50,385 nt of DNA from Piscinibacter sp. (lineage in GTDB: Bacteria; Pseudomonadota; Gammaproteobacteria; Burkholderiales; Burkholderiaceae_C): contig DASWVR010000096.1 of NCBI GenBank assembly GCA_036401155.1, positions 1 through 50,385 on the forward strand. The letters are read 5' to 3'. Within the stretch, counting starts at the first letter, position 1. Every line of letters begins with the position of its first letter. This document shows positions 37,034 through 48,122 of the stretch, one piece after another. The position numbers and the translations under genes were made by a program. The notes under the pieces are model-generated. The model did not search any database. It was given only the letters and a program-made list of their open reading frames with translations, and had not been told where the DNA came from.

Positions 37034-37549
37034 TCAGCGGTAGACGTCTTCGGCGCGGTACTCCTTCCAGGTGCGCTCGAAGTGGTCGGCGTCTTCGGCC
37101 GAGCGCGGCTTCACGCCCATCAGGATGCCGCCTTCCTTCACGCCTTGCTCGTAGCGCTTGACGCGCTCTTCCGGGATGCCCCAGCCGATCAGCGCGCCGA
37201 CGAGGCCGCCGGTGGCAGCGCCTGCACCCGCGCCCGCCAGTGCTGCCGCGACCGGGCCCGCCACCACGAGGCCGAGGCCCGGGATCGCGATGCTGGTTCC
37301 CACCGCGGCGATGGCCGCGGCGATGGCACCCAGCGTGCCGCCGATGGCGCCGCCGATGCCGGCACCCTCCGCGGCCTTGCTTCCGAGCTCGGTTTCTTCG
37401 CCGACGGCGAAGTGGCGCTTGCGCGTGTCGTCGGACATGACGAGGTTCACGTCGTCGCGGTTGTAGCCGCGTTCGGTCACCGATTGGTAGGCGCGTTCCG
37501 CGCTGTCGCGGTCGCGGAAGAGGCCGGTCACCATGGGCGATTCAGTCAT
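37034..37549 (-). CDS. General-stress-protein-like glycine-zipper membrane protein
   Basis: GLFRDRDSAERA...GSKAAEGAGIGG...IPGLG...GIPEE..KRYE; AGGAG RBS. Confidence 0.85.
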   Translation of the reverse strand: MTESPMVTGLFRDRDSAERAYQSVTERGYNRDDVNLVMSDDTRKRHFAVGEETELGSKAAEGAGIGGAIGGTLGAIAAAIAAVGTSIAIPGLGLVVAGPVAAALAGAGAGAATGGLVGALIGWGIPEERVKRYEQGVKEGGILMGVKPRSAEDADHFERTWKEYRAEDVYR

Positions 37550-37628
37550 CTCGTTCTCCTGTGAAGTTGCAAAGGGATGGACTGCTCCGCCATGGCGGGA
37601 TCACGCAGTGACCCATCTGCGCCAACGA

Positions 37629-37644
37629 GGCAAACGCGGGGCCC
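37629..37644 (-). promoter_or_regulatory. Possible sigma54 promoter
   Basis: gGGCCCCGCGTTTGCc on minus strand. Confidence 0.55.
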
Positions 37645-37763
37645 GTGCCGACGTTGCGCTGCGGCCGGGCGGACCGGTTCATCGCACACGTAAGCCTTGC
37701 GCGCGCGCGCAGTTTCTGCACGGCAAGCGGCGCCGCCACGCGCCCGAAAGCGTGCCTTGCCGC

Positions 37764-37779
37764 GGGCCTGCGATTTGCC
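37764..37779 (+). promoter_or_regulatory. sigma54 -24/-12 promoter
   Basis: gGGCCTGCGATTTGCc. Confidence 0.65.
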
Positions 37780-37842
37780 GTGGGAGCGCAGAGGCCGACG
37801 CAGGTCTCGCACATCCACTGGCAGCACTGAAAGGATCGAGAC

Positions 37843-38028
37843 ATGAACAAGGACCAGCTGAAGGGCCGCACCGAGCAGGCCAAGGGCAAGATCAAGGAAG
37901 AGACCGGCGAGCTGACCGGCAACGCAAGCCTCGAAGGCGAAGGCAAGGCCCAGAAGACGACGGGCAAGGCGCAGGCGAAGGTGGGCGATGCCAAGGAGAA
38001 GGTCAAGCGCGGCATCGACAAGATCTGA
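37843..38028 (+). CDS. csbD: CsbD-family general stress protein
   Basis: MNKDQLKGRTEQAKGKIKEETGELTGN..LEGEG. Confidence 0.95.
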   Translation: MNKDQLKGRTEQAKGKIKEETGELTGNASLEGEGKAQKTTGKAQAKVGDAKEKVKRGIDKI

Positions 38029-38040
38029 TCGGCCTCCTCC

Positions 38041-38196
38041 TTGAGAGCCCACACCCCGGCCCCCGAGCCGCAGCCCAAGCCTGAGCCCTTGCTGCCGCCG
38101 AGGCCGCCGGGTGTGGACGATCCGCCGGCACCGGGCCAGGACCCGGTGCCGCCGGTGCGCGAGCCGCCGGTGATGCCGACGCCGGTGATGCACTGA
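38041..38196 (+). CDS. Possible proline-rich peptide (51 aa)
   Basis: Open frame filling the gap between csbD and the next gene, CCG-biased Pro codons; TTG start lacks an SD. Confidence 0.35.
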   Translation: MRAHTPAPEPQPKPEPLLPPRPPGVDDPPAPGQDPVPPVREPPVMPTPVMH

Positions 38197-38215
38197 CGGA
38201 CACAAAGGAATCGCC

Positions 38216-38539
38216 ATGCCCAAGTCATGGAGCGCCAAGCGAGAGCGCCAGTACGAGCACATCAAGGAAGGCCTCGTCGAGCGAGGCAAGGACAAGGACG
38301 TCGCCGAAGAGATCGCCGCACGCACCGTCAACAAGGAACGCGCGCAGCACGGCGAGGCCAAGCAGGCGAGCCGCACCTCCATCGAGGACATGCCGGCCAG
38401 CCGGCGTGGCGGGCTGCACTCGCACGGCGGCGAGCGCGGGCGCACCTACGAGCAGCTGTACCACGAGGCGCAGGAAAAGGGCATCAAGGGACGCTCGTCG
38501 ATGAGCAAGGCCGAGCTGGAACAGCGGCTCAGCCACTGA
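38216..38539 (+). CDS. Conserved small basic protein (often labelled plasmid stabilization protein; Rho-N-like C-terminus)
   Basis: KRERQYEHIK...IAARTVNKERA...IKGRSSMSKAEL; AAGGA RBS. Confidence 0.85.
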   Translation: MPKSWSAKRERQYEHIKEGLVERGKDKDVAEEIAARTVNKERAQHGEAKQASRTSIEDMPASRRGGLHSHGGERGRTYEQLYHEAQEKGIKGRSSMSKAELEQRLSH

Positions 38540-38551
38540 CCGGGACGCAAG

Positions 38552-38581
38552 GACGAACGGCAGCCGCGGCTGCCGTTCGTC
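38552..38581. terminator. Perfect 30-bp palindrome between convergent genes
   Basis: GACGAACGGCAGCCG/CGGCTGCCGTTCGTC. Confidence 0.65.
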
Positions 38582-38619
38582 GCGTCTTGGCCGAGCCTCG
38601 CGGCTCGACCCGATCTCGC

Positions 38620-39102
38620 TTACCAGCGCTGCAGCTGGCCGTCCTGCACGCGAACGCGGTCGCCCACGCGCAGGCCGTTGATATCGGCGTAGTCGAAGTT
38701 GCGCACATCGCCGTTGTCCATCTGCACCTGCACCTGGTAGTAGACCGACGGCGCATTGCGGCCTTCTTCGATCTTGTTGCCCACCACCGCGCCGCCGACG
38801 GCGCCGATGGCGGTGGCTGCGGCCCGGCCGCTGCCCGAACCCACCTGGTTGCCGGCCACGCCGCCGATCACCGCGCCGAGCAGGGCGCCTGCGCCGGACG
38901 AGCGGCGCGCCGTTTCCTGCTGCTGGATGTTGCGCACGTAGCCGTACTGGACCGCTTCGTTCGAGCTGGTCGTCGACGGATAGGTGGAGGTGGTGCCGAC
39001 GCTGCCGTAGGTCGGCGCCGGGTCATTGCGCACTGACGAGCAGCCCGCCGCGAGGGCGAGGGTCGAAGCGAGCGCGGTGATGGTGATCAGCTTGCGTGTC
39101 AT
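38620..39102 (-). CDS. Glycine-zipper 2TM outer-membrane lipoprotein (SlyB-like)
   Basis: Lipobox AAGC; GALLGAVIGGVAGNQVGSGSGR; LRVGDRV; AAGGAG RBS. Confidence 0.9.
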   Translation of the reverse strand: MTRKLITITALASTLALAAGCSSVRNDPAPTYGSVGTTSTYPSTTSSNEAVQYGYVRNIQQQETARRSSGAGALLGAVIGGVAGNQVGSGSGRAAATAIGAVGGAVVGNKIEEGRNAPSVYYQVQVQMDNGDVRNFDYADINGLRVGDRVRVQDGQLQRW

Positions 39103-39280
39103 GTTGTGAACTCCTTTTGCCTGACATGGCGGTGAAAGCCACCGTCGCTTGCGATGGGGCGGCACACCATGCTGCAAGGACTGCCGGGCAAGCGCTGCCG
39201 GCCAGTGCCGAAAGCGGGGTCGGTGGGCGTCGCGTTCCTCTGTGCGGATTGGCCTACAAGCGCGACGGGGGGAGGATCGG

Positions 39281-39296
39281 CGGCACGCCGATTGCT
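39281..39296 (+). promoter_or_regulatory. sigma54 -24/-12 promoter
   Basis: cGGCACGCCGATTGCt. Confidence 0.8.
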
Positions 39297-39351
39297 TTAC
39301 GGGAACGTCTATCTCGCGTTCCCCCGGCGCGCCTGTGACGTGGAGAACCGA

Positions 39352-41580
39352 GTGCAGGAACAACCCGACGCTGCCGCCGAGCCCATCCGACCGGGCAGCC
39401 ACGTCGTTCAGTTCTACAAGGAAGACCATCTGCTGCTCGACGAGGTCGTCGACTTCGTCGACGGCGCACTGCGCGCGGGCGATGCCGGTCTCGTCATCGC
39501 CACCCAGGCGCATCTGGCGGAGATCGAGCGGCGTCTGCAGGGCATGCGTCTGGCGGTGGGCGCGCCATTGTGGTACCCGGGCGAGTTCATCGGCCTCGAT
39601 GCCGCACGCACGCTCGCGCAGTTCATGACCGAGGGCTGGCCGGACGAGGAGCGCTTCACCAGCGTCGTCGGCGACGTCATCGCGCGCGCTTCCAACGGCG
39701 GACAGCGCGGCGTGCGTGCTTTCGGCGAGATGGTCGCGCTGCTGTGCGCGGCCGGCAACCATGCCGCGGCCATCCGGCTCGAAGAGCTGTGGTGCGAACT
39801 CGGCCGCCATCAGGCGTTTTCGCTCTTCTGCGCCTACCCGCTGAACCTGTTCACCAAGCCCGACGACGCCCGCGCGCCCGCGCCCGGGAGCGACAGCCGC
39901 GCGCCCGTGGCGCCGACCGGCGCAGCCCCGATCGCGAACGCACATGGGGACACGCGCACCGCGACCCTCGCCGAGCTGCAGCACAAGGCAGCGGTGCTCG
40001 AAGTCGAAGTGGCCAAACGCACCCAGGCCGAGCAGACGCTGCGCCGGCGCGAGAAGGAACTGGCCGACTTTCTCGAGAACGCCGCCGAAGGACTCAACCG
40101 CATCGGCGCCGATGGCCGCATCGTGTGGGCCAACCGCGCCGAACTCGAACTGCTGGGCTACGAGCCGCACGACTACATCGGGCAGCCGGCGGCGTGTTTT
40201 CACGCCGACCCCGATGCGGGATGCCGGTTCGTCGAACGGCTGCTCGGCGGCGACGTGCTATACAACGAGCCCGCGGTGCTGCGCTGCCGCGACGGCACGC
40301 TCAGGCACGTGCTCGTGCATGCGAGCCTCGTCGGCGACAACGGCGGGCCGCGCTCGGCGCGCTGCTTCACGCGCGACGTGACCGAGCAGGTGCGCGCCCG
40401 CGAGGTTCTGGAGACGGCGCACGGCGAGCGCACGCGGCTGCTGGAGAAGCTCGAAACGGCGAACCGCGCGAAGGACGAATTCCTCGCCATGCTGGGCCAC
40501 GAGCTGCGCAACCCCCTGTCGCCGATCGTCACCGCGCTGCAGCTGATGAAGATGCGCGGCGACTCGCAGACGGCACGCGAGCAGGCCATCATCCAGCGCC
40601 AGGTCGACCACCTGACCCGACTCGTCGACGACCTGCTCGACATCTCCAAGCTCACGCGCGGCAAGATCCAGCTGCACATGGAAACGGTCGAGATCGGCGA
40701 GGTGCTGAACAAGGCGGTGGAAATGGCCGGCGTGCTGCTGGAGCAGCGGCAGCATCGGCTCGTCGTGCATGTTCCCGGCCGCGGCATGCGCTGGCACGGC
40801 GACCCCGTGCGGCTGGCTCAGGTGGTGTCCAACCTGCTGACCAACGCGGCGCGCTACACACCGATCGGCGGCGAGGTGCGCCTGAGCGCCTTTCGCGACA
40901 CATCGCAGGTGACGATCAGCGTGCGGGACAACGGCTGCGGCATCGCGCCGCACATGCTGTCGCGCGTGTTCGATCTCTTCGTGCAGGGCGAGCGCGGCGT
41001 CGACCGTGCGGAAGGCGGGCTGGGGATCGGCCTTGCGTTGGTGAAAAGCCTGGTCGGGATGCACGGCGGCACAGTGGCGGTGAAGAGCGAGGGCGTCGGC
41101 CGCGGCAGCGAGTTCATCGTCCGGCTGCCGCTGCAATGCACGGCGGCGGTCGCGACGCATGCGTCGATCGCCGCCGCCCCAGCGGCGCAGCGCCAGCGCG
41201 TGCTGGTGGTCGACGACAACGCCGACGCGGCCGACATGCTGGGCCTGGCGCTGCGTGCGCAAGGCCACGAGGTCGTGGTCGCACACGATCCGATCACGGC
41301 GCTGAAGTCGCTCGACGGCTTCACGCCCGACGTGGCCGTGCTCGACATCGGCCTGCCGGTCATGGACGGCTACGAACTCGCGGCGCGGTTGCGCGAGCGC
41401 TTGGGCGAGGGGCGTTGCCGCCTGTACGCGCTCACGGGCTACGGCCTGGAGTCCGACCGCATGCGCAGCAAGGCCGCGGGCTTCGACCTGCATCTCGTCA
41501 AGCCGGTCAACATCGACCGGTTGTTGGCGCTCGTCGACGAGGCAGCGCACGTCCCGCAGGGCCGAGAGCCTGCGCGGTAG
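39352..41580 (+). CDS. MEDS-PAS hybrid histidine kinase
   Basis: MEDS (HVVQFY, RAFGEMV, LEELW, LFCAYP), PAS, GHELRNPL, NAARYT, receiver LDIGLPVMDG. Confidence 0.92.
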   Translation: MQEQPDAAAEPIRPGSHVVQFYKEDHLLLDEVVDFVDGALRAGDAGLVIATQAHLAEIERRLQGMRLAVGAPLWYPGEFIGLDAARTLAQFMTEGWPDEERFTSVVGDVIARASNGGQRGVRAFGEMVALLCAAGNHAAAIRLEELWCELGRHQAFSLFCAYPLNLFTKPDDARAPAPGSDSRAPVAPTGAAPIANAHGDTRTATLAELQHKAAVLEVEVAKRTQAEQTLRRREKELADFLENAAEGLNRIGADGRIVWANRAELELLGYEPHDYIGQPAACFHADPDAGCRFVERLLGGDVLYNEPAVLRCRDGTLRHVLVHASLVGDNGGPRSARCFTRDVTEQVRAREVLETAHGERTRLLEKLETANRAKDEFLAMLGHELRNPLSPIVTALQLMKMRGDSQTAREQAIIQRQVDHLTRLVDDLLDISKLTRGKIQLHMETVEIGEVLNKAVEMAGVLLEQRQHRLVVHVPGRGMRWHGDPVRLAQVVSNLLTNAARYTPIGGEVRLSAFRDTSQVTISVRDNGCGIAPHMLSRVFDLFVQGERGVDRAEGGLGIGLALVKSLVGMHGGTVAVKSEGVGRGSEFIVRLPLQCTAAVATHASIAAAPAAQRQRVLVVDDNADAADMLGLALRAQGHEVVVAHDPITALKSLDGFTPDVAVLDIGLPVMDGYELAARLRERLGEGRCRLYALTGYGLESDRMRSKAAGFDLHLVKPVNIDRLLALVDEAAHVPQGREPAR

Positions 41581-41722
41581 CGCGGGTATCTTTTACACAT
41601 TGCGACGCCGAGCCGGGCGGTTCGAGCTAAGCTGCGCTCGTTTGACGGCGACGCGCTGAGCTTTCCATCGGCGTGCCCGCAACAGCCTAGGGTTTGTTGC
41701 CCCGGGTAAAGCCCTCCCAAGG

Positions 41723-41751
41723 TTGAAATGTGCAAACAGCACATTTAGACT
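41723..41751 (+). promoter_or_regulatory. sigma70 promoter overlapped by palindromic operator
   Basis: TTGAAA-17-TAGACT; AAATGTGC-N5-GCACATTT at 41726-41746. Confidence 0.75.
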
Positions 41752-41778
41752 GAACCGCTCTCGGCTCACACCCACGCT

Positions 41779-42675
41779 TTGACTCCAGCAGCACCGCCCA
41801 TTGAATCATCCGCCGGCGACTCCGGCGAGCAGGCGCTGCTGCGTGCCTTCCGCGCCGTGCTGGCCCCGCTGGCGAGTCTGGCCGTGGCCCGCGGGGTCCA
41901 CCACCGGCATCTCGACGAATTGCTGCGCGGCGCCTTCGTCGACGCGGCGCGCCAGGCCCACGCGGACGTCCCCGCCACGCGTGCGGTGAGCCGTGTGAGC
42001 GCCGCCACCGGCTTGAATCGCCGCGAGGTCACGCGGCTGATGAACGCGCAGGCGCCCGAGGTGCCGCGCCGCTCGCTGGCCACCGAGTTGTTCACGCGCT
42101 GGCTCAGCGACCCGTCGCTGAGGCGCGACGAGGAGCCGCTGCGCGTGCTGCCGCGCCACGGTCCCCGGCCGAGTTTCGAAGCGCTCGCCCAGTCGGTGAC
42201 GAAGGACGTCCACCCGCGCACGCTGCTGGAAGAAATGGTGCGCCTCGGGCTGGTTCGCCACGACGAGGAAACCGACACGGTGACGCTGCTGCGCGACAGC
42301 TTCGTGCCGGCGGGCGACGAGCCGCGCATGTTCGGATTCCTCGGCAACAACGTCGGCGACCACCTGGCGGCCGCTGTGGCCAACGTGCTCGGCCCGCAGC
42401 CTCGGCACCTCGAGCAGGCGATGTTCGCGGACCAGCTGTCGATCGAGTCGATCACGCGCCTCGACCCGGTCGTGCGCGAGCAATGGCAGTCGGTGCTGCG
42501 CCACCTGGCGCCGGCCGTGCAGGCCATGCTCGACGAAGACGAGGCGCACGACCGCGCCCGCAACCAACGTTTACGCATCGGCATGTATGCCTTTGCGTGC
42601 CCGATGCCCGTTGTGCCGCCGGCGCCCCCGTCGGCGAACGAGGCCGACACGCCGGCCGCCCCGCCGCAGGAGTAG
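41779..42675 (+). CDS. DUF6502-family protein (putative DNA-binding)
   Basis: SRVSAATGLNRREV HTH-like segment; SFEALAQSVTKDVHPRTLLEEMVRLG; HLEQAMFADQLS. Confidence 0.8.
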   Translation: MTPAAPPIESSAGDSGEQALLRAFRAVLAPLASLAVARGVHHRHLDELLRGAFVDAARQAHADVPATRAVSRVSAATGLNRREVTRLMNAQAPEVPRRSLATELFTRWLSDPSLRRDEEPLRVLPRHGPRPSFEALAQSVTKDVHPRTLLEEMVRLGLVRHDEETDTVTLLRDSFVPAGDEPRMFGFLGNNVGDHLAAAVANVLGPQPRHLEQAMFADQLSIESITRLDPVVREQWQSVLRHLAPAVQAMLDEDEAHDRARNQRLRIGMYAFACPMPVVPPAPPSANEADTPAAPPQE

Positions 42676-42680
42676 TCAGA

Positions 42681-43886
42681 ATGATCAACGGTAGTCCCCT
42701 CGTGTTTCGGTCGGCCTGGCGGTCCTTGGCGGCGATGCTTCTGGCCGTGCTTGCCGTTGCCGGCTGCGGAGGCGGCGTCGACAGCGGCGGCACCGGTGCG
42801 CCGGTGGTGTCGTTCTCGTCGGGCCCGATCTCGGGCTTTGGCTCGATCTTCGTCAACGGCGTTCACTACGACGACTCCGGCGCGACGGTGATCGACGACG
42901 AGGGCGTGTCGCATCCGCGCAGCGCGCTCAAGCTCGGCATGACGGTGGAGGTGCAGGCCGGTCCGATCACCACCGATGCGGCGACGCAGGAACGGCGCAG
43001 CGTGGCCCGCACGATCCAGTTCGGCAGCGCCATCGAGGGTCCGGTCGAAGCGGTCGATGCGGTCGGCGGCACGCTCACCGTGCTGGGCCAGACGGTGACG
43101 GTGGACGCCGACACGGTGCTCGAGGGCCTGCCGGCGGACATCGTCGTGCTGCGCCAGGGCGACCTCGTGAACATCCATGCGCTGCTCGACCCCGGCACGG
43201 GCGTCTATGCCGCCACGCGCATCGAGCGTGCGGCGAGCCTCGCGCAGTACAAGCTGCGCGGCGTCGTGTCCGCTTTCGACACCACGACCAGGACCTTCCG
43301 CATCGGCGGCGCGACGATCCGCTACAGCGGCCAGGTGCCCTCTCTTGCCGACGGCGTGCTGGCGCGCGTGAAGCTCGAGAAGGCGCAGGTCAACGGCGCC
43401 TGGCCGCTGATCCAGGCGGCGATGACGGGCACCGCGATTCCGGACCGCGCCGAAGCCGAGATCGAGGGCTTCATCACCGACTTCACGGGCCTTTCGAGCT
43501 TCAAGGTCAACGGCACCCCGGTCGACGCGAGCGGCGCCGGGGTGGTGTTCAGAAAGGGCACGGCCGGCCAACTTGCCAATGGCGTGCGCGTCGAGATCGA
43601 AGGCCGGATGGTCGACGGCGTGCTCGTGGCCGACCAGGTCGAGATCAAGCGGCGTGGCGGCGGCGAGGACGAGAACTTCCGCCTCGAAGGCGCCATCGAG
43701 TCGCTCGATGCGGCGCAGCAGTCGTTCGTGCTGCGCGGTATCACGGTGATCCACGACGCCGGCACGCGCTTCGTGCGCGGCGGCGCCGCCGACCTGCGGG
43801 TGGGCGCGCAAGTGGAGGTCAGAGGTGTGCTCACCGCCAATGGCACGCAGCTGCGCGCCAACCGAATCAAGTTCGGCAGGGATTGA
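42681..43886 (+). CDS. DUF5666-repeat lipoprotein
   Basis: Lipobox VAGC-GGG; GPISGFGSIFVNG; repeated L..G..VEV.G modules. Confidence 0.88.
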   Translation: MINGSPLVFRSAWRSLAAMLLAVLAVAGCGGGVDSGGTGAPVVSFSSGPISGFGSIFVNGVHYDDSGATVIDDEGVSHPRSALKLGMTVEVQAGPITTDAATQERRSVARTIQFGSAIEGPVEAVDAVGGTLTVLGQTVTVDADTVLEGLPADIVVLRQGDLVNIHALLDPGTGVYAATRIERAASLAQYKLRGVVSAFDTTTRTFRIGGATIRYSGQVPSLADGVLARVKLEKAQVNGAWPLIQAAMTGTAIPDRAEAEIEGFITDFTGLSSFKVNGTPVDASGAGVVFRKGTAGQLANGVRVEIEGRMVDGVLVADQVEIKRRGGGEDENFRLEGAIESLDAAQQSFVLRGITVIHDAGTRFVRGGAADLRVGAQVEVRGVLTANGTQLRANRIKFGRD

Positions 43887-43936
43887 GTGCGAGTAACGAA
43901 CCAGGTGGCCAACCTGATGCAGTAAAGGAGCAATCG

Positions 43937-45358
<1,422 letters not shown>

Positions 45359-45386
45359 GCCACACCGCGCCGACCGCGCCAAGCGG

Positions 45387-45962
45387 TCACAAGCCGATCG
45401 AACGCCCGGCGCCGGCGAGGGTGGCGACGCCCAGCACCGCGAAGATCGCGGCGGCGGCGCGGTGCACCCACACGACCGGCATGCGGTGCACGATGCGCTC
45501 GCCCAGCAGCACGGCCGGAACGTTCGCGATCATCATGCCGAGCGTGGTGCCGGCCAGCACCGCGAGCACGGCGCCCGACTGGGCGGCGAGCGCCACGGTG
45601 GCGATCTGCGTCTTGTCGCCCATCTCGGCCAGGAAAAACGCCAGCAGCGTCGTCGCGAAGACGCCGAAGCGGGCCGGCGGCGCATCGCCCTCGTCGAGCT
45701 GGTCGGGGATCAGCGTCCAGGCGGCCATCGCGAGAAACGATGCGCCGACGACCCAGCGCAGGATCTGCGGCCCCATCAGGGCCTGCAGCCAAGTGCCCAG
45801 CGCGACCGCGAGCGCGTGATTGAGCAGCGTGGCGAGCAGGATGCCGGCAACGATCGGCCACGGCTTGCGGTAGCGTGCCGCCAATACGAAGGCGAGCAGC
45901 TGCGTCTTGTCGCCGATTTCGGCGAGGGCCACGAGCCCGGTCGAGAGAAAAAAGGAAGACAA
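45387..45962 (-). CDS. TMEM165/GDT1 (UPF0016) Mn2+/Ca2+ transporter
   Basis: Two EIGDKTQ/EMGDKTQ motifs; probable TTG start at 45962. Confidence 0.92.
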   Translation of the reverse strand: MSSFFLSTGLVALAEIGDKTQLLAFVLAARYRKPWPIVAGILLATLLNHALAVALGTWLQALMGPQILRWVVGASFLAMAAWTLIPDQLDEGDAPPARFGVFATTLLAFFLAEMGDKTQIATVALAAQSGAVLAVLAGTTLGMMIANVPAVLLGERIVHRMPVVWVHRAAAAIFAVLGVATLAGAGRSIGL

Positions 45963-46031
45963 ATCGGTCGCCCCGGGGCCGGCGTGAAACCATGACCACG
46001 CGCGCTTGCCGGCCCATTCGCCAAGCGACGT

Positions 46032-46148
46032 GGTCAAAGGTCTTGCCAAGCGGTGCTGCTTGCGCCATGGCCCTCAGTGTCGGGCCAAGTGTGTTGACGC
46101 AAGCCCCTCTCGCCGGCGGCGGCGAAGGGGCGGCTACTCCCCAATGAC
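46032..46148 (-). ncRNA. yybP-ykoY manganese riboswitch
   Basis: Minus strand TGGGGAGTAGCC...CGTCAACACACTTG...CATGGCG...GGCAAGACCTTTGACC; TACAAT -10 at 46155-46160; precedes GDT1 gene. Confidence 0.9.
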
Positions 46149-46207
46149 AGGCGGATTGTAGGGCGGCGGCGCGTCGCCCTCCGGTGCCGCTCGGCGGCGC
46201 CGGCGCT

Positions 46208-47032
46208 TCAGCGCGAATTGACCGGGAAGGCGCCGCCGCTGCGGCTGGCCTCGAAGGGCAGGGTGCGCACGCAATTGCGGCCGTCCGACTTGGCCGCGTA
46301 CAACGCGGTGTCGGCCTCATGGATCATCCAGTCGAGCGAGGGCAGCTCGTTGCGCAGCGGGGCGACGCCGATGCTGACGGTGGTGGCGACCGTCGCTCCC
46401 TTCCATGGCAGGCTGAGCGCCTGCACTCGCTCGCGGATGCGTTCGGCCACGTCGAGCGCGCCCAGCGGGTCGGTGTGCGGCAGGAAGACGATCAGCTCCT
46501 CGCCGCCGAAACGCGCGAGCACGTCGGCCTGGCGCAGCGACTCGCCCACCGCGCGCGCGATGCAGCGCAGCAGCTCGTCGCCGCACAGGTGGCCGTGGTT
46601 GTCGTTGACGCGCTTGAAGTGGTCGGCGTCGATCAGCAGCAGCGCCGCCTCCGTGTTGTAGCGGCGCGCGCGCTCCCACTCGCGCTGCACCACGTTCATG
46701 AAGTGGCGGCGGTTGTGCACGCCCGTCAGGTCGTCGTGGGTTGCGAGCACCGTCAGTTGCTGATGCGCGCGCTCCAGCGCAAACACCAGGCGCAGGATGA
46801 ACGAGGCGATGATCGGCGTCAGCAGCACCGAGCACAGCGTGGCCGACGCGGCGGCGACCCAGCGATTGCCGTGGCCCGACACGCTGATGACAAGCTGCGA
46901 TATGGCGATCGCGGCGACGGCGACGATGAGTGTCGTGACCACCGTCGCACGCAGCAGACCGAGCCGCATCACGGTGCGGCTCAGCCAGCGGAACCAGGCC
47001 GGTTCGGAATCGGGGGAGAACGATGGGGCCAT
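46208..47032 (-). CDS. Membrane diguanylate cyclase (GGEEL)
   Basis: Two TM helices; DDLTGVHNRR, DADHFKRVND..GH..GD, RQAD I-site, RFGGEEL. Confidence 0.92.
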   Translation of the reverse strand: MAPSFSPDSEPAWFRWLSRTVMRLGLLRATVVTTLIVAVAAIAISQLVISVSGHGNRWVAAASATLCSVLLTPIIASFILRLVFALERAHQQLTVLATHDDLTGVHNRRHFMNVVQREWERARRYNTEAALLLIDADHFKRVNDNHGHLCGDELLRCIARAVGESLRQADVLARFGGEELIVFLPHTDPLGALDVAERIRERVQALSLPWKGATVATTVSIGVAPLRNELPSLDWMIHEADTALYAAKSDGRNCVRTLPFEASRSGGAFPVNSR

Positions 47033-47261
47033 GGCAATGCGGGAGTCCAGCGCTCGATTCGACCACATCCCGCATGGTTGCGCGCGTGCCGCGGCGGGGC
47101 CGGTCCGCGTGGCGTGAAAACATGCTGCCAAAGAGGAAGGCGGGCGAAGGATGGCGTGCGCAGGCGCGGCACGCATGGAAACGAATGCAGCGTGCGAGCC
47201 GGCTTGTCGGGCAGTCGCAAAACGGCTAGCGTGGTGCCACTCATCGACAAGGAGAAACCCC

Positions 47262-47468
47262 ATGAGCAACCACGTCTACAAGACCCTCGAACTCACCGGT
47301 TCGTCGCCGATCAGCATCGAGGAGGCGGTGCAGAACGCGATCAGCAAGGCGCACGAAACGGTGCGCAGCATCCAGTGGTTCAGCGTGAGCGAGACGCGCG
47401 GGCACGTGATCGACGGCAAGGTCGCCCATTGGCAGGTGAGCATCAAGCTCGGCTTCACGCTCGAGTGA
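47262..47468 (+). CDS. Dodecin (flavin-binding)
   Basis: [40 protein letters not shown]. Confidence 0.95.
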   Translation: MSNHVYKTLELTGSSPISIEEAVQNAISKAHETVRSIQWFSVSETRGHVIDGKVAHWQVSIKLGFTLE

Positions 47469-47698
47469 GCGTGCGCGGTCGATTGCGCTGCGGCTGACCC
47501 CGCCTCGGCCGCGCGCCGTGCGCACTTCGTCACGGCCGGGCGGGCTTCGTCGCCGGCGGCGGCATCGAGGCACTGTGCTGGCTCGATAAAGTGCCGATAC
47601 CACGACAAAGGCACGCCCGTGCGAAAGCCGGGTCGCAAGCAGTGCTGCCGCGCTCCCACTGTCTCGCATGCCGCGTCGTCAACAGCGCAGGACTTCCG

Positions 47699-48007
47699 AT
47701 GCCGGACACCGCCGATCTTCGCGAGCACCGCCCCAGCGAATCCTTCGCCGAGCGTGCCCGGCTGCTGCTCGCGTTCGTCGTCGAACGCGGACGCGAGATC
47801 GGCATCGGCACGCGCCGCCTCGAACACGAAGTGATGGAGTGGATCGGCCGCTGGCGCCGGACGGCCCCGGCGGCGCAGTATTTCGTTGCGGTGGAACTCG
47901 GCATCATCCTGCGTGCATTGAACGGTCCGGGCGACGGTGTGCGCCTCGATGCCGACCACGAGCAGTTGTGCTGGCTCATCGCCCGCTGCATGGCGCAAAC
48001 CGCATGA
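47699..48007 (+). CDS. Hypothetical protein (102 aa)
   Basis: AGGA RBS, natural composition. Confidence 0.55.
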   Translation: MPDTADLREHRPSESFAERARLLLAFVVERGREIGIGTRRLEHEVMEWIGRWRRTAPAAQYFVAVELGIILRALNGPGDGVRLDADHEQLCWLIARCMAQTA

Positions 48008-48122
48008 AGCCGACTCACGCGCCGGCGTCGACGGCCCAGGCGCGGCGCCATCCGCGCTTGCCAGCCGGATGCCCCTTGCGCGATCATGACCGCGGAGGAG
48101 CCCTCTTCGAGCTGTACTTGCC

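Noticed and set aside
38216-38539. Toxin-antitoxin or plasmid-maintenance function
   Set aside because: No ParE/RelE features and no partner gene; the common label appears to be propagated annotation
39160-39210. sigma54-like motifs near the glycine-zipper lipoprotein gene
   Set aside because: GG to GC spacing is 11-12 nt, not 10
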